From: a bacterium
GTDB lineage: Bacteria; Electryoneota; Electryoneia; Electryoneales; Electryoneaceae
Direction: 5' to 3'
Assembly (NCBI GenBank): GCA_043801585.1
Contig: JAZDLX010000179.1
Span: 1 to 64,000 of the forward strand
Length of the DNA stretch: 64,000 nucleotides
Notes under the pieces: model-generated
What the model saw: only the letters and a program-made list of their open reading frames with translations
What the model was told of the DNA's origin: nothing
Database searches by the model: none
Made by a program: the position numbers and the translations under genes
In this document: positions 39,042-48,661 of the stretch, in pieces
How the letters are laid out: the number at the start of each line of letters is the position of its first letter
How positions within the stretch are numbered: position 1 is the stretch's first letter

Positions 39042-40985
39042 CTATAGCATTCCGAGAGTCTTCAGTTCCTTCTCGAGTTGGGTGACACGCTGATCCATCT
39101 CCTCGACGATCGCCTGGTAGGTCGCCGGGTTGGTCATGTCCACTCCCGCTTTCTTAAGCAGGTTGACTGGATGATCGCTGCCGCCTGAGCTTAGCAGTTC
39201 GATGTACCGGTCCACGGCATCCTTGCGATCTTTTTTGCTGCCCTGTGTGATCGCTTTATGCAGGGCTGTCGAGGCGGAGAGGGAGGTGGCGTACTGGTAA
39301 ACGTAGTACGGGCTGCCGAAATAGAAATGTGGGATACGCGCCCAGACATTCCTGTACCGATCCTTGTTGGCGTGGCTGTCTCCGAAGAAATCCGTATAGC
39401 TCTCGAGGTAGGTCTTCTGGAGTATTTCGGAAGTGATCGGCTTGCCTTGTTCGGCGAGTGTGTGCGCCTTCAACTCATAGTCAGCGAACATGCTCTGCCG
39501 GTAGAAGGTACCCATGATCCCGTCGATCCGCTGTTCAAGGAGCGCCGCGCGAACCTTGGGGTCTTTCTCGGTTTCGAGCAGATAATCAAGCAGCAACGCT
39601 TCATTCATCGTACTTGCCACCTCGGCGACAAAAATGGAGTAATCTGCGGTTGCAACCGGCTGGTTCTTGTCGCTGTAAACGCTGTGCATCGAGTGGCCAA
39701 GTTCGTGGGCGATAGTGAAAACGTCGTTCATCGTGTCCATGTGGTTCAGCTTGATGTAAGGGTGAACATCATAGAGACCCTGGCTGAACGCACCGGATTC
39801 CTTGCCTTCGTTTTCGTAGACGTCGATCCAGCGCTCTTTGAACGCGCGCTTGGCCGTGTTTTGGTAGTCCTTGCCGAACACGCCGATGGAAGCGATGACA
39901 ATATCCTTGACGTTGTCGAATTCCCAGGTCTTGTCCGTCGTGACAAGGGGTACGTACGCGTCGAAGTAGGAGTAGGTATCGAGCTTCATTGCCCTTTTGC
40001 GGAGTTCCTGGTATCGGCGAAGTGGCCCCGAACCCTCCTTGGCGGTTTTGACCAATGCGGTGTAGACGGCCACGGGGATCGCGTCGTTGTCGAGAGAGGC
40101 TTCGACAACGCTGTTGTAGTTGCGGCTTTTGGCTTCGAACCAGTTGCGCTGAATGGTGCTGTTGTAGATGGCGGCGAATGTGTTTGGGCTCTTGTTATAG
40201 ATCGTGAAATGCGCCTTTTGCATGGCATCACGATCGGCCTGAACCTTTGAGGTGTTCAGCACCATGCTGTAGTTGCCGGGAGTAGCCTTGAGGACCGTAC
40301 CGTCCGACAGAGTGACCTCTGGATAGTCGGCGTCAGCGGTTGAAAGCATCGGGTGAAGGTTGGTCACCGCGCTTTCAAGCGAACCGGCGTTGGAAAGCAA
40401 CTCCTCGCCCTCGGCGGTGAGGACATGCTCCGCCTGGCGGAAGGCTTCCATCAACGGAAATTTGTAAGGTTTCAGAGCATCGTTGCTCTCGATCCACCCG
40501 GAAACTTTCTCCTTGCCCAGGCTCAACAGCTCGGGCGTGAACCATGAAGTCGCCGTGTTCATCCGGCTGAAGAGAAGGTCTGCCTCCTGCTGCCTGGACT
40601 GGGTGGTGTTGTCACGCTGATCCTCTACGGAGGAGAGCATGGCAAAGACATAGACACGTGTTCCCTGGAGCGTCATCTCGTCTTTGGCTTTCAGGACGTT
40701 GACAAGATGCTCGGGGCCGCCGATAGCTCCCTTTGCCTTCATCTGATCCCCCTGAGTCACCACGGGATTCAGGGTGCCCTTGAAGGAGGCGAAGGCCGCG
40801 ATTTTTGCATCCACCTCGTTGTATGCCTGCTGCCAGGCTTCCCAACTCGGATAAATGTCGGCGAGATTCCACTTGTACTGTTCTGGAATCTGGGAGCGGT
40901 CCAGGGTATTCGGCTTGGCGGCGGCGAACTGCACCGTCACCAGGAGAAGAACGAGTGTTGCAAGGACAAACCTGCGCAGCTTCAT
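39042..40985 (-). CDS. pepF: Oligoendopeptidase F (M3B) with signal peptide
   Basis: MKLRR-hydrophobic-AAA signal; HELGH, AEVAS. Confidence 0.9.
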   Translation of the reverse strand: MKLRRFVLATLVLLLVTVQFAAAKPNTLDRSQIPEQYKWNLADIYPSWEAWQQAYNEVDAKIAAFASFKGTLNPVVTQGDQMKAKGAIGGPEHLVNVLKAKDEMTLQGTRVYVFAMLSSVEDQRDNTTQSRQQEADLLFSRMNTATSWFTPELLSLGKEKVSGWIESNDALKPYKFPLMEAFRQAEHVLTAEGEELLSNAGSLESAVTNLHPMLSTADADYPEVTLSDGTVLKATPGNYSMVLNTSKVQADRDAMQKAHFTIYNKSPNTFAAIYNSTIQRNWFEAKSRNYNSVVEASLDNDAIPVAVYTALVKTAKEGSGPLRRYQELRKRAMKLDTYSYFDAYVPLVTTDKTWEFDNVKDIVIASIGVFGKDYQNTAKRAFKERWIDVYENEGKESGAFSQGLYDVHPYIKLNHMDTMNDVFTIAHELGHSMHSVYSDKNQPVATADYSIFVAEVASTMNEALLLDYLLETEKDPKVRAALLEQRIDGIMGTFYRQSMFADYELKAHTLAEQGKPITSEILQKTYLESYTDFFGDSHANKDRYRNVWARIPHFYFGSPYYVYQYATSLSASTALHKAITQGSKKDRKDAVDRYIELLSSGGSDHPVNLLKKAGVDMTNPATYQAIVEEMDQRVTQLEKELKTLGML

Positions 40986-41195
40986 GTACTGACTCCTTTC
41001 ATCGGCTCGGTGGTTGTTTGAACGATCTGTCTATATAAGGTAAAAAATATAGTCTTGACCGGCGTACCTCCCAAAGGAAAGGGAGTCCGATGAGGGAGGG
41101 ACAGGAATGAAGTGGGCGTACGAAAAGAGACTGCAGATAGAGTACTGAGACAGTATTCATTTCACTGTCAGGTTGTCCGGCTGAGTGTAAACAAC

Positions 41196-41226
41196 AAGAA
41201 AAAAGCCCAGGATGACTCCCGGGCTT
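41196..41226 (-). terminator. Intrinsic terminator after the third pepF
   Basis: AAGCCC(A/G)GGA stem plus T tract on the minus strand. Confidence 0.7.
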
Positions 41227-41246
41227 GGCTATTACTTGAAGTGAAA

Positions 41247-43142
41247 TCAGATCTTTCCAGCTTTCTTCAACTCCTTCTCGAGCTGGTCCGTCAGTTCTTT
41301 CATCTTGGCGACCATCGCCTCGGCGGGTGCAGGGGTCGTCCAGTCGACTCCAGCCGCTTTCAGCTCATTCATCGGGTAGTCGCTGCCGCCTGATTTGAGC
41401 AGTGTGAGGTACTTGTCGACAGCAGCCTGGCGGTCTTTCTTCTTGCCTTTTGTCATTTCATCGTGCAGCAATGCACTACCTGCGAGGCAGGTTGCATACT
41501 GGTAGACGTAGAAGGGGCGCTGAAAATGGCTGATCCGTGCCCAGGTGTTGCGGTACCAATCCTGGTCGTCATGGCTGTCGCCAAAGAAATCGTGATAGCT
41601 GTCAAGGTAGAGTTTTTGCAAAGTCTTTGAGGTGATCGGCTGGCCTGCCTGTACCGCCTGGTGTGCCTTGAGTTCGAAATCGGCGAACATCGCCTGGCGG
41701 TAGAACGTGGTGTGGATGTTGTCGATCGCGCGTTCGAGCAGGGCGATTCGGGCAGTCGGATCTTTCTCGTGATCGAGCAGGTAGTCGAGAAATAGAGCCT
41801 CGTTGACTGTACTCGCAACTTCAGCGACAAAGATTGTGTAGTTGCTGTTGACAAAGGGTTGGTTTTCGTTGGAAAGGACCGTGTGCATCGTGTGGCCCAT
41901 CTCGTGTGCCAGCGTGAAGGCATCCTCCATCGTGTCGCCGTAGTTCAGCAGCATGTAGGGATGGACACCGTAAACGCCGCTGGAGAACGCACCGCTGCGC
42001 TTTCCCTCGCTCTCGTAGACATCAAACCAGCGCTCATCAAAGGCACGGTCCACCGTCTCCTGGTAGTCCTTGCCGAAAAGCTCCACGGACTTGACGATCA
42101 TCGGACGAACTTCTTCGTAGGTGATCTCCATGTCCACATCGACGAGCGGGAGGTAGCTGTCGAAATAATGGTAGGTCTCGAGGCCCAGGGCTTTTTTACG
42201 CAGCTTCATGTAACGCTGCAGTTCGCCCGCACCCTGTTTTGCGGTGTTGATCAGGTTTTCCATCACCGCGACGGGGATGTCGTTCCCATCCAGGGCCATC
42301 TGGGCGTCGGACTCATAGTTGCGGGCCTGTGCGTAAGCCCAGCTTGACTGCAGAGTGGCGTTGTAGATCGCCGCGTAGGTGTTCTCGTAGTCGTTGTAGG
42401 TGCTGAAGTGGCCCTTGAACATCGCTTCACGATCCGCCTGATTCTTGAAGGTGAACCGGGAGAGTTCATAATTGCCGTGGGTCGCCTTCATCGTGGTGCC
42501 GTCCGCGAGGGTTACCTCGGGGAATTTCACATCGGCAGTGGAAAGAGCGCTGTACTGGCTGCCGCCCCCCGTTGCAGGACCGAAGTAGGAGAGGAGTTTT
42601 TCGCCTGTTGCGTCCAACGTGTGTTCCGCCTGGCGATAGGTGTCCATCAGGCTGAAGCGGTAGATCCCAAGGTCGGGCGTTTCGTCGATCCACTTGACCA
42701 TGGTTTCCTTCGGAATCTGCAGCAGTTCAGGGGTGAACCAGGCGGTTGCCTGTCCAAAGCGGGCGAACATGATCTGCACTTGCTGCAGCTTTGCCTGCAC
42801 CTCATTGTCACGGGTGTCGGACTGGTACATCAGACCGGGGAATTGGTAGACCCGGTAGGCGAGCATACCCAGATCATCGTTGAGCTTCATCACATCAAGG
42901 ATTGTCTGGGCGCCCTGATTCAGTTTTCCCTCGTAGCCTTTGTACTGCTCCATCAGGCCCTGAACCTTATCCATGTCGGCCTGCCATGCATCCCAGTCTG
43001 CATAGATGTCGTTCAGGTTCCACTTGTACTGATCGGGGATCTCGTCGCGATTGAGTGTTTCCGGTTTCGCCAGGAGGACACCTGTGGCGATGGTGAGAGT
43101 GAAGATCGCGGCAAGAACGGACACCAGAAATCGTTTGTTCAT
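41247..43142 (-). CDS. pepF: Oligoendopeptidase F (M3B) with signal peptide
   Basis: MNKRF-hydrophobic-LLA signal; HEMGH, AEVAS. Confidence 0.9.
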   Translation of the reverse strand: MNKRFLVSVLAAIFTLTIATGVLLAKPETLNRDEIPDQYKWNLNDIYADWDAWQADMDKVQGLMEQYKGYEGKLNQGAQTILDVMKLNDDLGMLAYRVYQFPGLMYQSDTRDNEVQAKLQQVQIMFARFGQATAWFTPELLQIPKETMVKWIDETPDLGIYRFSLMDTYRQAEHTLDATGEKLLSYFGPATGGGSQYSALSTADVKFPEVTLADGTTMKATHGNYELSRFTFKNQADREAMFKGHFSTYNDYENTYAAIYNATLQSSWAYAQARNYESDAQMALDGNDIPVAVMENLINTAKQGAGELQRYMKLRKKALGLETYHYFDSYLPLVDVDMEITYEEVRPMIVKSVELFGKDYQETVDRAFDERWFDVYESEGKRSGAFSSGVYGVHPYMLLNYGDTMEDAFTLAHEMGHTMHTVLSNENQPFVNSNYTIFVAEVASTVNEALFLDYLLDHEKDPTARIALLERAIDNIHTTFYRQAMFADFELKAHQAVQAGQPITSKTLQKLYLDSYHDFFGDSHDDQDWYRNTWARISHFQRPFYVYQYATCLAGSALLHDEMTKGKKKDRQAAVDKYLTLLKSGGSDYPMNELKAAGVDWTTPAPAEAMVAKMKELTDQLEKELKKAGKI

Positions 43143-43361
43143 GTCATCCATCCTCGTTTTGGCGGGTTAACCGCCACAAATTTTCGGCTCCAGCTTCAGG
43201 ATGCTCTCAGGATAGGCAACGAAAAAAGGTCACACAAGACACAGCCTCCCCTTGGGGGAGTAGGTCCGGGACGCCGGGAGTTCCTGCATCGATCAGCTTC
43301 AGACGTGCGTATTTGTCGTGGAAAACCTTACCTTGCGCGAGGATAAACGCGGGGAGGCAGA

Positions 43362-44009
43362 GTGAAGTTTCGTTCCACCGCATCGGCATTCGTCGGATTT
43401 GCTTTACTCGTCACCGGAAGTGGAATCCAGGCGAGTCCGGGTGACGATGTCGCCGCGCTGGCGGCAGAGGGACGTCTCTCCGCACTCGAGGCAGGGCTTC
43501 AGGGCGGTCTCTGGGGTGGAACCGATGGTGAAACCCTCGCCAACGCCGTCGTGGAAACTGATGGCCTTGCATCGCTTCAACTTTTCGAAGAAGTCGCCAA
43601 CGACAACGCTGCCGGACCAAAAGCACGCACCTACGCCTGGTACCAGATCTGGGGGTACGGCCAACTGGCGGGTGATCGTTCACGGATCAACCAGGCGCTT
43701 ACCGGGATGCACGTCGATCGCGCCTTTGCGGAAAAACTCTACGGCGGACCGTTGCCGAAAACCGGACCGGAAACCGCCTGGGCGGTGCAGATCGGAGCGT
43801 TTGGGAGCCGCGCGAACGCCGACCGTCTCGCGGACCAGCAGATGAAACATGGATTCACCGTTACCGTGGAACCGATAACAAGCAGCGACCGCACGCTCTA
43901 CGCGGTCTGGGTGGGCCGGTTCGGCAGCCAGGGGGAAGCGTCGAGTTTCGGAGTCAAGACCTACGGCACCGAGGGGCGCGATTTCCGTGTTGTTGAACGG
44001 GCTCCCTGA
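43362..44009 (+). CDS. SPOR domain (peptidoglycan-binding) exported protein
   Basis: WAVQIGAFGSRANA...YAVWVGRF; signal peptide. Confidence 0.82.
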   Translation: MKFRSTASAFVGFALLVTGSGIQASPGDDVAALAAEGRLSALEAGLQGGLWGGTDGETLANAVVETDGLASLQLFEEVANDNAAGPKARTYAWYQIWGYGQLAGDRSRINQALTGMHVDRAFAEKLYGGPLPKTGPETAWAVQIGAFGSRANADRLADQQMKHGFTVTVEPITSSDRTLYAVWVGRFGSQGEASSFGVKTYGTEGRDFRVVERAP

Positions 44010-44056
44010 CACGATGAATGAATTGTGAATCATACCAGGCATCAAAGAGGGATGAA

Positions 44057-44182
44057 ATGTCAAGGTTTAGTCACTCTTGTCTGAAGTTTTTCCTGGTTGC
44101 CATTTTCATCTCTGTTGCCTCAGGTTGCACAGTGGTCGGGTACGTCGCTGGAGACATCTTTGATACAGCAGGAGCCGGATAA
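44057..44182 (+). pseudogene. 41-codon lipoprotein-like ORF, probably a truncated gene remnant
   Basis: MSRFSHSCLKFFLVAIFISVASG-CTVVGYVAGDIFDTAGAG*; AGAGGG RBS; stop codon lies inside the repeat arm. Confidence 0.5.
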
Positions 44183-44239
44183 AATTCAGACAGTTTGAAT
44201 ATTCAAACCAATGAATATTCAAACTGTCTGAATTTTATC
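44178..44239. repeat. REPIN-like inverted-repeat doublet downstream of the RAYT gene
   Basis: Perfect 28-bp arms GATAAAATTCAGACAGTTTGAATATTCA with 6-nt loop. Confidence 0.9.
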
Positions 44240-44258
44240 TGGAGTAACTTCAATTATA

Positions 44259-44921
44259 TCAAGGGATACGCCTGGGTCTACCGACAGTGCGAGGACGAAA
44301 ATCCTCTCCTGTTAACGCTTGAAGATACTGGTAGAACTCCTCGTTACCGAGGGGACTACCCGATATTTCGTGTCTTCGAATGCGTTCAAGCTCTTCGTTG
44401 TCCATACCGCTGGCGAGGAACGCCTGCCAGTCACCCACGGTATCGAGCAGTGATTGATCTGTGCTGAGCTTGTCCCCGTGGCCCGACAAATGCCCTCGTG
44501 CGCTGGACCATTTCCACTCTTGAGGCAGTCTGCAAAGCCTTGCCCGAACAGGATTAAGTTCGATGTAACGGACGGCAGCGATTAGATGGTGACTATCAAG
44601 AGGAAACGAGGCGAAGCGTTGTTGCCAGAGATGTCCACGCCATCTTTCACGTTCATTGATGATCCGGGCATAGATGCGATGAGGTTCGGAGAACGTTTTG
44701 CGAAGATCATCTTCCTCATGAGGAACAATCACAAAGTGGACGTGATTGGGCATGAGGCACCAGGCGAGGATTTCAGCGCCCGTTTTTTTGCATGACGTAG
44801 CGAGCAATGCGACATAGCTCGCGTAATCGGTCTCGCGAAGGAAAACCTGCATCCGTCGGGTGCCTCTTTGAGTGACATGGTGAGGCACCTCTGGAAAGAC
44901 AATTCGAGCACCGGAAGGCAT
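44259..44921 (-). mobile_element. REP-associated tyrosine transposase (RAYT; Y1/HUH, IS200-superfamily)
   Basis: PHHVTQRG, CLMPNHVH (HUH), HLWQQRF, RYIELNPVRA (catalytic Tyr), WSSA, C-terminal GRP. Confidence 0.9.
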
Positions 44922-44937
44922 TTCAAATTCCTTAACG

Positions 44938-45026
44938 AAAATTCAGACAGTTTGAATATTCGGTTGCACGAATATTTGAAAAATCTTGCGATGTTGTCAA
45001 TTGAATATTCAAACTGTCTGAATTTT
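44938..45026. repeat. REPIN-like inverted-repeat doublet upstream of the RAYT gene
   Basis: Perfect 24-bp arms AAAATTCAGACAGTTTGAATATTC with 41-bp spacer. Confidence 0.9.
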
Positions 45027-45068
45027 TTTCTTCATTTTACGAATTGATCTTTCCACTCTATAAAGTAT

Positions 45069-46394
45069 CTACTGCGTAACCGCCTTCAGAGCTTCGCCCA
45101 GTTTCTGCACCCCCTCTTCCATCTCGGCTTTCGAGATGTTGAGGCTTGGCCGGACTCGGATCGAGTTGAATCCGCAGGGGAGCATCAGCACCCCCAGCTC
45201 GTTCAGCTTTTTCAGCAGGGCGCTGCGTGTGGCGCCGTCACGAATCGTCAACGCACCCATCAGTCCCTTCGCGCGCGGATTTGAAACGGCGGTCGGGAAT
45301 TCTTTGTGGACTTGCTGAAGCCCCGCCAGCAGAACCTTGCCAACCGCCTTCACGTTGTCGAGCAGTTTCTCCTCGTGGATGATACGGATGTAGTGTTTGG
45401 CGCGGACCATGTCGACGAGGTTTCCGCCCCATGTCGAATTGATCCGGCTGCCGACATGGAAGACGTTGTCCGGCACCTCGTCGATGCGCGGTCCGGCGAC
45501 AAAGCCGCAGACCTGCATCTTTTTGCCAAAGGCGAACATGTCGGGAGTCACGCCGGTCTGCTCGAGCATCCACCAGGTGCCCGTCAGGCCAAGGCCAGTC
45601 TGCACCTCGTCGAAGATCAGCATCGCGTCGTTCTCATCGGCGAGTTGGCGAAGCTGGGTAAAGAACTCCGGCCTGAAGTGGTTGTCGCCACCCTCAGCCT
45701 GGATCGGCTCGATGATGATCGCGGCGATGTCATCGGGGTAATCAAGGAACGCCTGTTTGATCTCTTCGATGGATTTTCGTTCACCGCTGGCGATGTCGCC
45801 GAGGTGTTCTTCGATGGGGAAGATCACCTTCGGATTGGAGACACGCGGCCAGTTGAATTTCGGGAAATAACGGATCTTGTCCGGCAGCGTGTTGGTCAGA
45901 CTAAGGGTGTATCCGCTGCGCCCGTGGAACGCCTCGCGGAAATGGATGACCTTTGTTCCCTTTTCGCCCTTGATCCCCATGGCATGGTTTTTCCGCACTT
46001 TCCAGTCAAAAGCCGCTTTCAGTGCGTTTTCGACTGCCAGCGATCCGCCAGCGACAAAGAACGAATAGCGAAATCCATCGGGAACCGCCAGGTTCCAGAA
46101 CGTGTCCACGAATTCCGCCATCTCTTGGGTGTAGATATCGGAGTTGGACGGGTTGTGCAACGCCACCCGTGCGATCTCCTCGGCAGCTTCACCGGTGACT
46201 ATCTTCGGGTGATTGTGTCCGATGGGGTTCGTCGCGAAAAAACTGAACAGGTCCAGAAACTCTCGCCCGGTCTTGCCGTCGACAAGTCGGCTGCCGTGGC
46301 TCTTCTGGTGATCCCACACGAGGTCCATACCGTCAGCAAGCATGTGTTTTTTCAGGACCTCATGAACGTTCGCATACGCCGTTCTGGCGCTCAT
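45069..46394 (-). CDS. lat: L-lysine 6-transaminase (class III aminotransferase)
   Basis: HMLADG, NPSNSDIY, AVENALKAAFDWK, EPIQAEGGDNH, DEVQTG, FGKK, SRINSTWGG. Confidence 0.88.
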   Translation of the reverse strand: MSARTAYANVHEVLKKHMLADGMDLVWDHQKSHGSRLVDGKTGREFLDLFSFFATNPIGHNHPKIVTGEAAEEIARVALHNPSNSDIYTQEMAEFVDTFWNLAVPDGFRYSFFVAGGSLAVENALKAAFDWKVRKNHAMGIKGEKGTKVIHFREAFHGRSGYTLSLTNTLPDKIRYFPKFNWPRVSNPKVIFPIEEHLGDIASGERKSIEEIKQAFLDYPDDIAAIIIEPIQAEGGDNHFRPEFFTQLRQLADENDAMLIFDEVQTGLGLTGTWWMLEQTGVTPDMFAFGKKMQVCGFVAGPRIDEVPDNVFHVGSRINSTWGGNLVDMVRAKHYIRIIHEEKLLDNVKAVGKVLLAGLQQVHKEFPTAVSNPRAKGLMGALTIRDGATRSALLKKLNELGVLMLPCGFNSIRVRPSLNISKAEMEEGVQKLGEALKAVTQ

Positions 46395-46603
46395 CACATC
46401 CTCCCTTCAGCCTCAGATACCGGTTGCGACTTTACGGTACAGCGACCGCCTATCGTACGTGAAAACTGCGGGGAATCGGCGGCGTATCCGCGGCCATTCA
46501 ACCCGGGGCCGGTCAAGCTATGGGGCGGAAGTGAAGGGGGCAAGGGCCCCTGGAGAACAGCTCGTCGGTTATATCCAGTGAAAAATTCAGGACGCACGGA
46601 AGG

Positions 46604-47836
46604 TTAACTGCGAGAGGAGGACAACTTCCGAACCAGAATCCGTTTCACACGACTGGGATCGGCCGCGACAACCCGCAGTGACCACCGACCCGCCTGCAGC
46701 GTTTCGCCCATCTGGGGGATTCTGCCGAGCGCATCGATCATCAATCCGCCCACCGTTTCGTAGTCCCCTGATGGAAGGTCGATCTTGAAATGTTCCTTCA
46801 GATCGTCGAGATAAGCTTGTCCCTGAACGAGCCAGGAACCCGTAGAAACAGTACGGACCAGGTCGGATCGGCGGTCGTGTTCATCCTCAATGTCGCCGAC
46901 CAGGATTTCGATAACGTCCTCAAGCGTGATGATGCCGGCTGTCCCGCCATACTCATCGACAACGACCGCGAGCCCGGATTCTTCCTTGCGGGCAATCTCG
47001 AGGAAACGAGGAACCGTTATTTGTTCCGGAACGAATAGCGGCTCAAGAAGGACGTCCCTGAGCCTGGCTGGATTCTCGAGCAGACGTTTCGCGTGCAGGA
47101 TACCGACGATATGGTCAAGCGAATTATCGTACACGGGGATGCGGGAATAACCGCGTGCCTGAACGAGATGAATCGCCTCGTCGACCGGGGCGTCAAGTGA
47201 AAGCGCTGAAATTGCGGTACGTGGCACCATCAGGTCTCCGATTCGCATTTCACGAAGGGAAACAGCATGGTTCAGCAACTTGATTTCATCTTCGGCAAGA
47301 GCTCCACTTCGGCGCAGGTCGCCCCAGATTCCACGCAGTTCCACGAGCGTCAAATTGGCCTGTCGATTCGCCTCGGAGTCGACTCCAAAGATTCGCAACA
47401 ACAAACTGCTTGAAGTGCGCGCGAACAGAATGAAGGGATAGAGAAAGATGTAGGAAAAGCGGAGAGACCACGCCACAGCCATCGCCCATCGCTCGGGATG
47501 TTCACGGGCGATTGCTTTCGGAAGGACTTCGCCGAAGACGAGGATGATCGCGCTGCTCAGAATCACAATCCCCTGAATCGGAAACCCCAGCCGCTGAAGC
47601 ACAATGGCGGCGAGAGAGCTATAAACGACGCCGACAAGATTGGTACCGACCAGGGTCGTCGAGAAGAGAAGGGCCGGACGTTCGTAGAGATGCCGTGCTG
47701 CCCTTGAGCCGGGACGATTGTGACGTGAATAGACCTCCATCGCCAATCGGCCGGCGGTGGTATAGGCTGTCTCACTGCCTGAAAAAAATGCCGACAGGAT
47801 GAGTGCCAGCGCGAGCAGGAGGTATTCGCTGCTCAT
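46604..47836 (-). CDS. Hemolysin-family CNNM/CBS/CorC protein
   Basis: SAFFSGSETA, FGEVLPK, YSRIPVY, VVDEYGG, YETVGG. Confidence 0.9.
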   Translation of the reverse strand: MSSEYLLLALALILSAFFSGSETAYTTAGRLAMEVYSRHNRPGSRAARHLYERPALLFSTTLVGTNLVGVVYSSLAAIVLQRLGFPIQGIVILSSAIILVFGEVLPKAIAREHPERWAMAVAWSLRFSYIFLYPFILFARTSSSLLLRIFGVDSEANRQANLTLVELRGIWGDLRRSGALAEDEIKLLNHAVSLREMRIGDLMVPRTAISALSLDAPVDEAIHLVQARGYSRIPVYDNSLDHIVGILHAKRLLENPARLRDVLLEPLFVPEQITVPRFLEIARKEESGLAVVVDEYGGTAGIITLEDVIEILVGDIEDEHDRRSDLVRTVSTGSWLVQGQAYLDDLKEHFKIDLPSGDYETVGGLMIDALGRIPQMGETLQAGRWSLRVVAADPSRVKRILVRKLSSSRS

Positions 47837-48462
47837 GGAAGCACCACCGTTTTCGCACGGCCGGCAGTAGCTTCCTTGATTGCTGCAGCAAAGGACTCCA
47901 CACGGCTGAAAGGAACGTCAAGCACCAGGGTCATTGTCTCCGCACCCGCAACCGGTGGTTGCATAGAGGCCCCCTCACGTTCCGCAAGAGAGTACACGGC
48001 ACCGACGCGGTCATGAGGGATCGTGATCTTCAAGGTTGAAGTGATCGTAACAATCTTCGCGGGGGCAGCGGCGAGAGCTTCCGCGGCGGCTCCCCCGTAA
48101 GCGCGAACAAGACCCCCTACTCCCAGCTTCGTGCCGCCGTACCAGCGTACGACCCCGACCTGAACCCCCCAGAGATCCGAGCCACGGATGGCGTGGAGAA
48201 TCGGCTGACCGGTCGATCCGTGAGGTTCGCCGTCGTCATCCCAACGCTCTTCCCCATCAGGAGGAGGAGCGAGACGCCGAGCCCACCCGATATGGGTAGC
48301 GTCGTGATACTGCCCGCGCCAACCATCCAGCAGATCCTCCGCTACAGAGGTACTGCTGACCGGCGCAGCCAGGGCAAGGAAAACAGAGGCTTTTTCGCGG
48401 ATCTTTGCCTCGCCGATCCCCGCAAGCGTACGGTAGGTGTCCTGCGTTTCAGGATTTCCCAT
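47833..48462 (-). CDS. YigZ/IMPACT family protein
   Basis: ATH, DDDGEPHGSTG, RWYGGTKLGVGGLVRAY. Confidence 0.9.
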   Translation of the reverse strand: MGNPETQDTYRTLAGIGEAKIREKASVFLALAAPVSSTSVAEDLLDGWRGQYHDATHIGWARRLAPPPDGEERWDDDGEPHGSTGQPILHAIRGSDLWGVQVGVVRWYGGTKLGVGGLVRAYGGAAAEALAAAPAKIVTITSTLKITIPHDRVGAVYSLAEREGASMQPPVAGAETMTLVLDVPFSRVESFAAAIKEATAGRAKTVVLP

Positions 48463-48661
48463 CGAACCATGAGGACGGCGGTCGCAAGCGTATAAAGCTC
48501 CCAGCGTCTAAGCGTTCGTTTCACGCCGGCCTCTCCTTCCTGTGATTACCTGTGACGGCTACGGAACAACACCCTTTGCCGCCGCACCCCTATATGGTAC
48601 GAAATGCCGTGCCCTTTCCGCATCGTTTTTGACGTGGGGCTTGCAGGAGGATGCAGGAGAA

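Noticed and set aside
44178..45026. CRISPR interpretation of the four 24-bp repeats
   Set aside because: Copies are inverted pairs around a transposase, not direct repeats with spacers; no cas genes
46398..46603. Lysine riboswitch upstream of lat
   Set aside because: No recognisable L-box consensus by eye; an Rfam scan would settle it
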